From positions 25,050,001 through 25,114,000 of the forward strand of contig NC_087252.1 in NCBI RefSeq assembly GCF_037042905.1: 64,000 bases of DNA, written 5' to 3'. This document shows positions 37,701 through 49,700 of the stretch, piece after piece. Origin of the DNA: Lytechinus pictus. Taxonomy: Eukaryota. The notes beneath the pieces were generated by a model. It was not told the DNA's origin, did not search any database, and saw nothing but the letters and a program-made list of their open reading frames with translations. Both the position numbers and the translations under genes were made by a program. The stretch's first letter is position 1. Each line of letters starts with the position of its first letter.

Positions 37701-40700
37701 TACATCGCTGTTATCGCCACAGTAACCTGTTAAAGAAGCCACTGTGAACTGTGAACGGGGGGGGGGGGGGGGGGGGAGGTAGGTGTGTATAGGTCAGAAA
37801 GCATTGAAAAGAGTACTCACGGCAGCCTGCTTCATCGCTGTTATCGCCACAGTCACCTGTTTAAGAAGCCACTGTGAACTGTGAACGGGGGGGGGGGGGG
37901 GGGTAGGTGTGTATAGGTCAGAAAGCATTGAAAAGAGTACTTACGGCAGCCTGCTACATCGCTGTTATCGCCACAGTCACCTGTTTAAGAAGCCACTGTG
38001 AACGGGGGGGGGGGGGGGGGGGTAGGTGTGTATAGGTAAGAAAGCGTTGAAAAGAGTACTTACGGCAGCCTGCTTCATCGCTGTTATCGCCACAGTCACT
38101 TGTTTAAGAAGCCACCGTGAACTGTGAACGGGGGGGGGGGGGGGGAGGTAGGTGTGTATAGGTCAGAAAGCATTGAAAAGAGTACTCACGGCAGCCTGCT
38201 TCATCGCTGTTATCGCCGCAGTCATCAAGGCCGTCACACTGCCAATCCTCGCGGATGCAATTCGAGTTATTGCATGTGAAGTGATGGTCCTCACACAGTC
38301 CATCTGAATTATTCAAGATATCATTCACGATTAAAAATAATTCATAATTTGAACCATTGCATCATATGCCCGAGATTGGGTCGGCCGTACATAAGGTTAA
38401 CTTCTTTTTGGCTGCTACCCTTTCAGTATAATACTTTATTTATGTCAATGTCTGATTTATTTCATGTTTGTACTATTTATATTGTTTTTATACTGAGAAA
38501 AATGAATTGAATTGAATTGAATTGAGATACAGACCTGCTAACCTTCTACAACAACAAAAAAAGCATTCTTAGAAGGAAATTTTTGTTGTTGTTGACAACA
38601 TAGAGTATTTTTAAAAATTTGTCTCAACGCAAGTATTGCCAGACTATTGTAGTGAGATCGGTGAAAAAACATGTGAAATGACTCTACATGTACTTGAAAA
38701 CTTGATAGTTCACCCTTTTAAACATGTGCTCGTAGGCAAGAATTTACTTGTTCCTTTCAAGCAACAGGTTACTGGCCCGACAGTGATTTTTACCGGTCTG
38801 GGACTGTCGGACCAGCGCTAGTGTCATGCGCTGTGTATAATACATACTCCATGATCAAAAATTAGAAAAAAAAGTAACATACCATAAAAAAAGTATTGGT
38901 GCATTCATAGCAAAAAAAGAGGAACAAATACTCTAAAAAGGAAACAGTTGGCATGTCTGGAGATAATACTGTCCACCTAAAATTACGAACAATGAAATTC
39001 ACGGTATGAGAATTTTAACCCATGCCTGAGATAATTGTCACACTGTCTACAAGAAAATATCCACAAAAATCTTTATGGACTAATCATTTTAACCCATTTG
39101 CAAAAAAAAAGTCAAATCTCATGGCAGCAGCTTTTATTCTTAAAATGGGGAACAATATAGGTGTCTCTTATAAGTTATTACTGTATTTCATGTTGAAGGT
39201 TGAAGAAATAATAAGGGGGGGGGGGGAATGGGGGAAAAATGTGCTGCAAAAATGCCTTAAAGGAGAATGAAACTCTTGGAGTAAGTTAGCTTTTGTGAAA
39301 GCAGAATAATCAAAGAATAAGATCAACAAAAGTTTGAGTAAAATAGGACTAGCAAAAGAAGAGTTATGAGCATTTGAATGTCGAGATCACTAATGCTATG
39401 GAGATCCTCCCATTGGCAATGCAACCAAGATCTATGATGTCACAGATGAACAACTCTCCCCTTTTGGACACTGAAAATATACCCCAAAACATCTCTTTTT
39501 GCTCATTCTAATCATATGACAAACGATTCATCAATGATATAATGTTGTGAAACCTCTGTACTTGTCCTCTCATAAAGAGAACACCTCACCTTGTGATAGA
39601 CTCTATAAAAGTGAGAATATAAGTGAAATAAGTACTAAAGTAATGAGGGAGTTGTACGTGTGTGACATCACAGATCTTGGTCGCATTGCCAATGGGAGGA
39701 TCTACATGGCATTAATGATCTCAATATTCAAATGCTCATAACTTTCTTATTATTCTTTCAATCTTCCTCAAACTTTCAACAATATGTTTGTTTGATTTTT
39801 CTCTTTGATATGGATTCAGCTGGTTTTAAGGGTTTCATTCTCCTTTAGAGAGTCCTGGAAATCTAATGCAGAGCCCCTGAAATTCCTTTAGGGTCTATAT
39901 AAAGTGTAATACAACGTAGCAAAATTGAGCCCGCGAGCTCAAAAAGTCGCCCGGAACTAAATAATTGTCTTTTTTCCCCTGGAAAGGACGATATCAGCCC
40001 TATTCAAAGTATGAAGTTAAACCATCATCATTATTTCCACCATCACCATCACCACCACCATCATCATCATCTTATCATCATCATCACCATCATCATCATT
40101 GTTATTATAATATCAAGTGTTGGTTTGTTTGACTTTCATTTTTCAATACTTAACTGATACTTAAATAATTCGTATTCATCCATTCTGCTTGTAATATGAT
40201 AAAATTAATATACGTTTTGGTTTGTCATATTTTGAAGCATTTTTTGCTTACAATGGCAATCCATCTTCTGCTACTGATTTATGCTCCATGATATATGCCT
40301 GATTTATTGTCAAAATATATTTGGTATATTTATGTTACATTATATTATGTACAAGAAAAATAAATAAATAAAATCAAAATCAAATGAAAGGTGCTTTACC
40401 GACTGGTGCTTGGCAGAAATATTCATCACTGGCATCGCCACAATCTTGGAAGTTATCACACTCCCAAGTAAGAGGAATGCAAACTCCAGTGAGGTGACAT
40501 TGGAACTCATCATTGTAACAGGGTGGATGAGTAAAATCTGGATCATGGAAGACAGAACAATGTCAAGGGTCAAGGTGTGTGTCTGAATGTTGGTAAAAGG
40601 TGCAAGATAACGTCAAAGGTAGAAAGATCACCTTCGAATGTAGGAAAAAGGTGGAAGGAGAAGTACAAGTGTAAATTTTGGGAAATATGGAAGAAAATGT

Positions 40701-43700
40701 TAAATGTCAAAGTTCATGTCTAAATGTTGAAAAGGTGGAAGACAATGTCAAAGTTCAAAGTTCATGTCTGAAAATTGGAGATGATGAAAGACAATGCCAA
40801 AGGTAAAGGTTCAAGTCTAAATTTGGGGAAAGATGTCAGAGGTCAAGTTTCATGTACAAGAAAAGGTACGTGCAAAGCAATATGAAAAGGACAGAAGTTC
40901 ATGTCTGAATTTTTGAAAAAAAAGTGGAAAAGAAGAAGTAAAGTAATTAAGCAAAGCCTAACTGAAAATTAGACAAAATGATGAATGGGATAAATGTCAA
41001 ATTAATTTGATGCTACATGGAAGTGGATCACAATTTACAATAAATGTGAAATAGAATTTTAAGCGCTCTACTTTTATTATTTATGCTGTTTTGACATTAT
41101 GGTAGATTATATATATACTGTACATGTCTATATGTAAGCAGGCAGCTACTTATTAACAGGTCTCTGTTGTCTTGTGAGAGATACATAGACAATAGAAAAC
41201 ACAAGACGATATGACATTGCTGAAAACCACAAATTTATTTAGCCAAGCATTTGGCTTTAAGCCTTCTTCATGGGTTCTGGATCTTTGGCTGGTGTGTATA
41301 AATAAAACAGCCAAAGATCCAGAGTAGTAAGCGGATTCTGGGTAGACTGCCCCCTGGAGTCGGAACTTTGTCCGCATCAGTACTCACCCGTTGGGTCTAC
41401 ATCTTCTAACCCTAAGAAATATCCGGCTAATGCTATGTAGTTCTTTGCGTGAAACTCGATATATATCTCATTGGTACTTGAAATGAATTCTGGGGGAGTG
41501 GTCGATTGATGGGTGTATGCCAGGAAGAGGTTGTTGAAGTCCTGAGTGTTGTTCCCATGCCCAAAGGCCAGGAAAGTGTCGATGGCGAGATTGACGTCGT
41601 AGAAAATCACACGGATCACTCGGCTGGGATCGGTGCGGACTATTATCGCGTAATAATCATTTGGTTCGTACACACCCGGGTAGTTTACTGATGTAATATT
41701 TATGCCATTCTGATTCAGATAGATGTATTCTGAAAATAAAATAGAATGGGGAAAAAATTAATTGCTTTATTTTACAGAAAATGGACTTCATTCTATTTTT
41801 GGAGGGAAAAAAGTGATAAGATTTTTTCATAAGATAATAATAATAGTAATGATAATAACAATAATTACATAATAATAATAATATCAATAATAATAATAAT
41901 AATAACAATAATCATAATAATGATAATAATAATAATAATGATAATAATAATGGGCATTTGTACAGCATAATCTATCTGCTGCTGCATTCATCTTCATTTG
42001 CCGTAAAAAGTATTAACTCATAACACATAAAAAACAGGCTTGATAAAGATGGAAATTAAAAGCACATCAATAAAATAATGATCACAAGGAGATGCTTATA
42101 CAATAAATCTTACACATTCCTATAGCAAGAAAATGCTAAGAGCCCAGGCCTCTGGTATAGAAAGTATAAAACTTAATGCCAATGGCAGGGCAAACAAAAC
42201 TACATATATAAGAAATAATACAGGACAATAGATAGGACAGAGAAGGAAGAAAAAGAAAGATAGGAAAGATAGAAAAGATAATGGAAGAAACGAAGTAGGA
42301 AAGATAATGGAAGAAAGAAAGAAAGAAGGAAAGATAGACGAAGACTTTTCCAAGGCGCATTAACAATATTACCCCGGCTTTAGCTCGAGCTGCCATCCAG
42401 TGCTCAATGCAATCAAAGAATTCATCTACCAGGTAGCCATTTACCTCACCTGGGTTAAGTGCAGCACAATGTGGGTAAATTTCTTGCTGAAGGAAAACAC
42501 GCCATGACTTGGAATCAAACCCATGACCCTCAGATCGCAAGACAAGAGTAAGAACCACTAGACCACGACAACCAAACAAAGATTTCCAAAGAGATCTTTA
42601 CAAATTAAGTCTTACCTGTATTGTTGAGTGTTCCGCAGTTGAGTTCATCGTCAACGCCCCCAGTGCAATCCAGAAAGAAGTCACAACGCTTAGTCCCATG
42701 TATGCATTGTTGGAGGGGGCATTCAAACATTGTCTCCCCACACGCTGTAAGGAAACAAAACCATACATATTCAGGGCCCTGTCCACGGAGGATTAGTCTA
42801 TTGTTACTGGGGGTGCTGAGCATTGTCACAGCACCCCCAGTAACAATAGATAATCCTCCGTAGCCACGTCCATGTACATATTCCACAATCATTTCATCTT
42901 TCCTTTGAACTGTAGCGCCCCAAACATAGAACTCCCTGCCATCTACTGAAGAATCCCCAACACTTTCCTCATTTACATGTAAGATCATCACAATGAGTAA
43001 TACCTATTGGTATTTGAATTAAATAGTAAAAAATGGTTTGTTCATTCATGTGTGTACAATCTCTACTCCCAATGGGAGTATTCCATCAATGAGCAGTCAA
43101 ATGGCTCTAATTGCCAAGCAAGCAATATTGATGTCTGTTTCATAATGAGTAATACCCATCAATATATGACTTACTTGGATAGAACATTTCATTCAGTGTA
43201 TGCGCAATCTCCACTCCCAGGGGATTATTCCATCAATGAGCAGTCAAGTGGCTCTAATTGCCAAGCAAGCAATATTGATATCTGTTTCATAATGAGTTAT
43301 ACCCATCAATATATGTGACATGGTTTGTCTAAATCAGACAGAAGTCGCTCGATACCGAATTGAGAAAATGGGTAAAATGCAAAAAATCTTCAAAAATCTC
43401 GAAATTTTTATTTTTACATTTTAGGGATGTTCAATGTTTCAAGTATACTCTGTCGAAATATCAATCGAAAATGATAACGGGAAATTGTCGAAAAAGCCGT
43501 TTTTCTGCGAGTGTTTTTTCGGTCAGTTCGAACTTTTCTGACACTCCGCTCGTTCATCAAGCTCAAATCTTCGCGCTGTACTAAGCTCCGCCCCTAGCAA
43601 CGTACGCCATTTTTTATTGGCTATTCATAGTACTCGCACGCAGCCGGTGCATGAAGGGGATTATTTAGCTGAAATCGATGAGCTGGAGTTAAGAATTCGC

Positions 43701-46700
43701 ATCCCGTTAGTAAATCTTTCTTAACAGGCATGCTTTTGAAAAGCGATGCTTTTGATCTATCTTTTTGAAGCGCGAGCGGGGAGGTTGTAATAGAACTGGG
43801 AAGGGCGGGGGCTTGGGCGATGAGCTTGATTATTGGGTCTCAATAACAGCCGAGGACAAAACGTATTTAAAACACGGTTTGTAAATGAGGATTAATTTCA
43901 TTGAAATTACAAAGGATATGCTGAATTGAGAAATAATCTTTTATTTAATCTTAGGCCCATTATCAGGATTTTTTCATTAAGCGTTAAACGTGAGATGGCA
44001 TTTTCAAAAGAATGATTCTCAAATCCTTTAAAATATTGATCGTCAGTGAATGCGTGTTGATTTATTAAGTTCAAGAGAACGAAAGAGATCAAATATATCA
44101 TTCTCCCCTCACTATGTTGGTTCACTGTGTATTCCCATGTCTTTTTTTATGGTTCTCTCTGTTGGCCATTGTCATAGGTATTTATTTCATATGTAATTCA
44201 TTATAACTATTGTTATCCGAGGGGTCTACGATCCAGCTTCTAAGTGGACCTCTCCATTTCCAGCGAAATATTATTAATTCACCATAGTTTTTTATTGCAA
44301 TGAGTTTTTATCAATTTTGGTTTCACACTTATAAATGTAACTGAAAATATATAAATATAACTAAAAGGTAGATTGCATGTATTCTACTTTGCATTATTGT
44401 CATGATACTTGTATGAATTTTGTATTTTTGGGGAAATGAGAAAAAAATAAAAACTGAACTGAACTAAAACTGTAGCGGGAATAATCATAATCACTTATTC
44501 AAGATAGGGAAAGCGGGATCTGGAAATGTATACTGTTTACTGTACACTTTGTGAACTTATAGGGTGTCACTACAGCAGTGTGTAGTGATGTTATATTCTC
44601 TCATCCAATCTTCATCAAGAGTCTGATTATCAAGACTACACCACCAAAGAGGTATATGTTTCCCCAGAAGGTGTGACTCACCGCTAATAGTAGAGTAATT
44701 TCATTGTTCTCCAACTTCTCTCCAAGAATATCTTCTTGGAAGTAAAGATAACTTTCATTCTCATAGTCAGAGTGATGGAGTAAAGTACTACTCACAATCA
44801 GTTGCAGAAAGTTCAAGTAAATTGTTATTTGTGGACAACTACAAAGGCCCAATTCGGTAAGAACATATTTCATATAATATTGTTTTGATATTTAACATGG
44901 TAAATGTATTGTAGAATTCATAAAACTATTTAGGATAGTTTGAGTTTGTTTAGTTAGAGAGAAGATGTTGTGTTTGTGTTAACAGAGTGTAATACGTATA
45001 TTGCATAGTGTAGGAAAGTTGATTTCTGTGTTGATTAAGTATTTCTGAGGAATATGAGTTTAGCATTATGTTGATAAATCACATAATCTTGTATTATAAT
45101 ATATTTCCATCTAGAAGTGCTAAGATGTAAAAGGCTTTTAAATACAATGAATTAGTTGGGTGTAATTATACATAAAGCAAGAAGTCTAGTTTCATTGGGA
45201 AACAAAGAGAGTCTGTTTTTGCTAATCCAGTAGAAGCAGGGTCTATGAATGATTACTTTGGAATGTGGCCCCTTTCACATTCATCCCTTTTTACTTTCTC
45301 TTTTGAGTAGATAAGTTACTGCACGTTGTAAATGCAGGGTTTGTTCACATTTGTATTTTAATCTGGTTTAACTTTAATCTCAAGATAGAATAATGTTATG
45401 CTGTTTCGTTATAAGCTGAGTTAGTGTAATAGTGGGAACTATTACTAGTTTGTTTTCTTATTATACTCTAATCATCTCTAAAGAGTTAATTCTTTAGTTT
45501 CATGTTTAACTTGTGATAATGTAGATTACTGTTTGTACATGGCCAATTTGTTATTAAGAACAAAACCATAACTTTCGTGGAGAGAAAGACCTTTCCTCTG
45601 GGAGTGATTTAGGGAGAAACCTTGAATGATTGACTGTGTTGGCATGTAGTTATGTTCACACGGCTAATCTGTCTATTGGACAGAATACTTAGTAGTGCAC
45701 TGCACTGAGTGAGTGTAGATGTGTTCATACAAGGATTTAATCGCCAGATTAACTTTATTCCTTGTATATTTTGTACTCTCTTAATTTAGGTTAATGTTAT
45801 AAGGTATAATAGTACATGTGTATGTTGATCGCTTATATTAGTGTCAGATTGATTCTCATTTAATCATATAATCGTAATTGTACTAACTTAGATTTAGTTA
45901 TTGACATGATTTCAAGATGAAACATTTGTTTATTATTGTTTGTTTATTCATTATCATTACAGATTGTTATCTGAAGGTGCATAGAAGTATAACTGAAAGT
46001 ACGACTGAAGTTTGTCACCAGTGTTGGAGATTAACTGAATAAAGCGAAAGTTTGTTTTATTTCAACAAGTCGAGTCCAGCATTGATTGATTCCTTGTGCC
46101 TTGTGAATAACAATAGTTGGACATAAGTAGACGAAACTCCTTCGTAGAAAGTTTTACGAAGGCAGTCACAATAACAATCGAACGGACAACTTGTGTCGTC
46201 CAGTCAGGATCACGTTCAGAAAGTTCTGGAATCATCCAAACATACTACTTGGAACTTTACTGCCCAAAAGTTTTTCATCATGGCCAACATAGATGGAAAA
46301 AATCTAGTCAGCGAGGCTACACGTGTAGATCTTCAGAGGACGTCCTCTTCGCTGCCAGAAATGATGGATAAGTATCCAAAACCAGCTAGGAGTCTAGCAA
46401 GCAGAAAATCAGCCAAAAGCGAGATGCTTATTAAGGCCTTTCAGGCTGAACTTGATGTTATGGACAAAGAGGACAACATAAAGATTCTGCAAAGGGAGCA
46501 TGAACATGCAATGCAACTGGAGAGAGCCCAGATGGAGCTGAAACGGTTGAAGCTGCAGAAAGAACATCAGCAGAAATTAGCCGAACTTGCAGAATCAGAA
46601 GATGAGCTTTCAAACACCAGTATCAAGTTGCCAGAGGAGACGAAGGAGGAGTCTGTTCAAAGATTCTTTGAATCTCAATCGACGGATGAGGGCAATATCC

Positions 46701-49700
46701 AGACCCAAGCCCCACCAGTTCCAGCCACTCGGAATGAAGTGAAGCATAAACCAACCAATGCTGCACCAGGAATGGAAAACGTGGTTGAGTCGCTTGCCAA
46801 GGTAGCCAACATGATGATGAACCAAAATGCGACTAGTCAACAAGTATTGGCAGCCAGTCAGTTACCAAAGGTGGATGTTCCGGTATTTAATGGTGACCCA
46901 TTACGATATCCCCTCTGGAGAAATGCATTTTCGAGTTTCGTTGACTCCAAACCTCTAGATGCTGCAACCAAGCTTCATATGTTGCATACATATGTTACTG
47001 GCGAACCAAAGAAGGTCGTGGAGCATTATCTTCTTCTTGGCACCGATGAAGCCTACCTAAAAGCTAGGGAGTCTCTCGCCAATAGGTATGGCAACACCAG
47101 TGTAGTTTCATCAGCGTTCATGAAGAAGTTGGACTCATGGCCGAGAATCTCAGACCGGGATCCAAGTGGATTGCGGTCATTTGCGGACTTTCTTCAGCAG
47201 GTCAGCGTTGCCAAGGAGACTGTTGACTCCCTTGGCATTCTCGATTATCCGCAGGAGAACGTCAAGCTGTTGAGGAAGGTTCCATTCTACCTTGAACGCA
47301 AATGGAGAGATGAGGTGGCCAAGTGGCAGCGATGTGGATATGGTAGTTACCCTACCTTTGCCAGATTCGTAGACTTTGTTACCAGTGCAGCAGAAGTGGC
47401 CAATATTCCAGAGTTGGAATACACCAGGTTAGACGAGGCGAAAGTAAAGTCAGCACCTCCGAAAGGGAAGACCTTTCAAGGCCGGTCACTGTCTACAACA
47501 GCCGCACATGGAAAGGAGTATTCATCATGTCCTTACTGTGATAAGGACCATCACATTGACGACTGCCCAGAGTTCAAGCAGATCTACTACAAGGATAAGA
47601 AGACGTTCTTCTTCAAGAAGTATCTGTGTATGGGATGTGGCCAAAGTAGCAACCACCTTGGGAAGGACTGCAAGCAACGCCGGGAATGTAAAAGGTGTAA
47701 GGGAAACCACTTGACATGCCTACACCGACAGAAGATAGAAAAATCATCGGCTAGCTCAAACTGTACCAACATCTGCGATCTTCCTGACCAAGATGGAAAG
47801 GACCATTGTATGATTGTGCCGGTTTGGGTGAGGCAAGCTGATGATCCATCGAGGGAATTCCTGGAATATGCGATCCTCGACGACCAGTCCAATGTTGGAT
47901 TTGTCTCCAGTGGTCTTTGCGACAGAATGGGTGTTAAAGGACCTGAGACTGATCTTTTACTGACAACAATGCACGAGAGTGCTCGCATTAGCTGTCAAAA
48001 GATTAGTGGTCTCGAGGTCTTGGACTTCCAGAAGTCTACAGTTGTCCAACTCCCGTCCTGCTACACCAGACAAGAGGTTCCGGCCAAGCGGTCACAAATT
48101 CCCAAGGTAGAAGTTCTGAGGAAATGGAGGCATCTAGCACCAATCGCAGATGAGTTGATGCCATACAACCCGTCAATTAAGGTTTCCTTGCTCATAGGAA
48201 ACAACTGTCCTAGAGCAATTCGACCCCGAGAAGTACTCGCTGGTGCAGAAGACGACCCGTATGCGATGAAAACCTCACTCGGATGGGGCGTCGTCGGCAG
48301 AGTATGTCAGAGTTCTCAAAGTGATGATGCCGTCTGTAACAGGATTCAGACAAGTGAAGGATATCCCCACCTGGTGCACTCAAGCCAAGCGAAGGAAGTG
48401 TTTACACCAGAGTCTGTACTGAAGATTTTGGAACGAGACTTCCAAATGACAAGTCCGAAAGGAGCGCCACTTTCAGTGAAAGAAGCAAGGTTCATGGCAA
48501 TCTTGGAGAATGGAATCCGCAAGAGAAGTGATGGACACTACCAAATGCCCTTGCCTTTGAAGTCAGATCAGGTGACCTTTCCTGACAACAAAATTCTTGC
48601 TGTTAAAAGATGGAGACAGCTATCTGCAAGATTTAGGAAGAACCAGAAGTTTCTGGATGACTACAAGACCTTCATGGATGATGTAATCACCAACTACGCA
48701 GAACGAGTACCAGATGACTGCTTGAAGGTTCGAGATGGCAGAGTAAACTATATTCCGCACACAGGGGTGTACCATCCTCACAAGCCTGACAAAATCCGTG
48801 TTGTATTCGACTGTTCAGCAAAATTTGAAGGCGTATCCTTGAATGATCATCTTCTGCAAGGTCCTGACCTGATGAATGGACTACTTGGTGTTCTGTGCCG
48901 ATTCCGAAAGGAAGAAGTTGCCTTCATGGCTGATGTGAAAGGAATGTTCCTTCAGTTCTACGTAAATGAAGAAGACCGGAACTTGCTGCGGTTCCTGTGG
49001 TATGAAGGCGGTGACGAAACAAAGGAAGCTGTTGAATACCGGATGAAGGTTCATCTCTTCGGAGCAGCTAGTTCTCCAGGATGCAGTAACTTTGGACTGA
49101 GAAGGGCTGCAACAGATGGTGAAGAAGAGTTCGGTTCAAGTGCAGCAGAGTTCATTCGTAGAGACTTCTACGTAGATGACGGTCTTAGTTCACGACCTAC
49201 TGCGGAAGAGGCTGTGCAGCTGCTGAAAAACAGTCAAGCAATCTGTGCAAAATCAGGACTGAAATTGCACAAGATTGTGTCTAACAGCAGAGAAGTTCTG
49301 AAAAGCTTTCCAGCAGATGAACGAGCAAAAAGCCTGCAAGACCTGGATTTAGATGTCGACAAGCTTGTGCTGGAAAGAGTTCTAGGAGTGTCCTGGAACA
49401 TTGAGAATGACACCTTCAACTTCAGAGTGCAGGTGAAGGCGAACTCATTCTCCAGACGAGGTGTTCTCTCAACGATCAGTTCAATCTATGATCCAAGCGG
49501 CTTTCTTGGTCCAGTAGTTCTTAAAGGCAAGAGGATTCTCCAAGCTATGTGCAAGATGAACATGGACTGGGACGAATCTATGACCGATGAACAGCGTTCA
49601 GAATGGGAGAAATGGCTGCTTGATCTCCAGCATCTAGGTGACCTCCAACTCAAGAGATGCTACAAACCAAGTAGGTTCGGCAAGGTCAAGCAGGTAGAAG

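Noticed and set aside
37260..38225. CRISPR-like regular repeats
   Set aside because: The intervening sequence is also repeated (no unique spacers), there are no cas genes, and the context is a eukaryotic intron.
44601..44873. 90-aa minus-strand ORF duplicated at 52293-52565, and a possible env gene
   Set aside because: It lies inside the LTRs and has no recognisable motif; only ~370 bp separate the pol stop from the 3' LTR.
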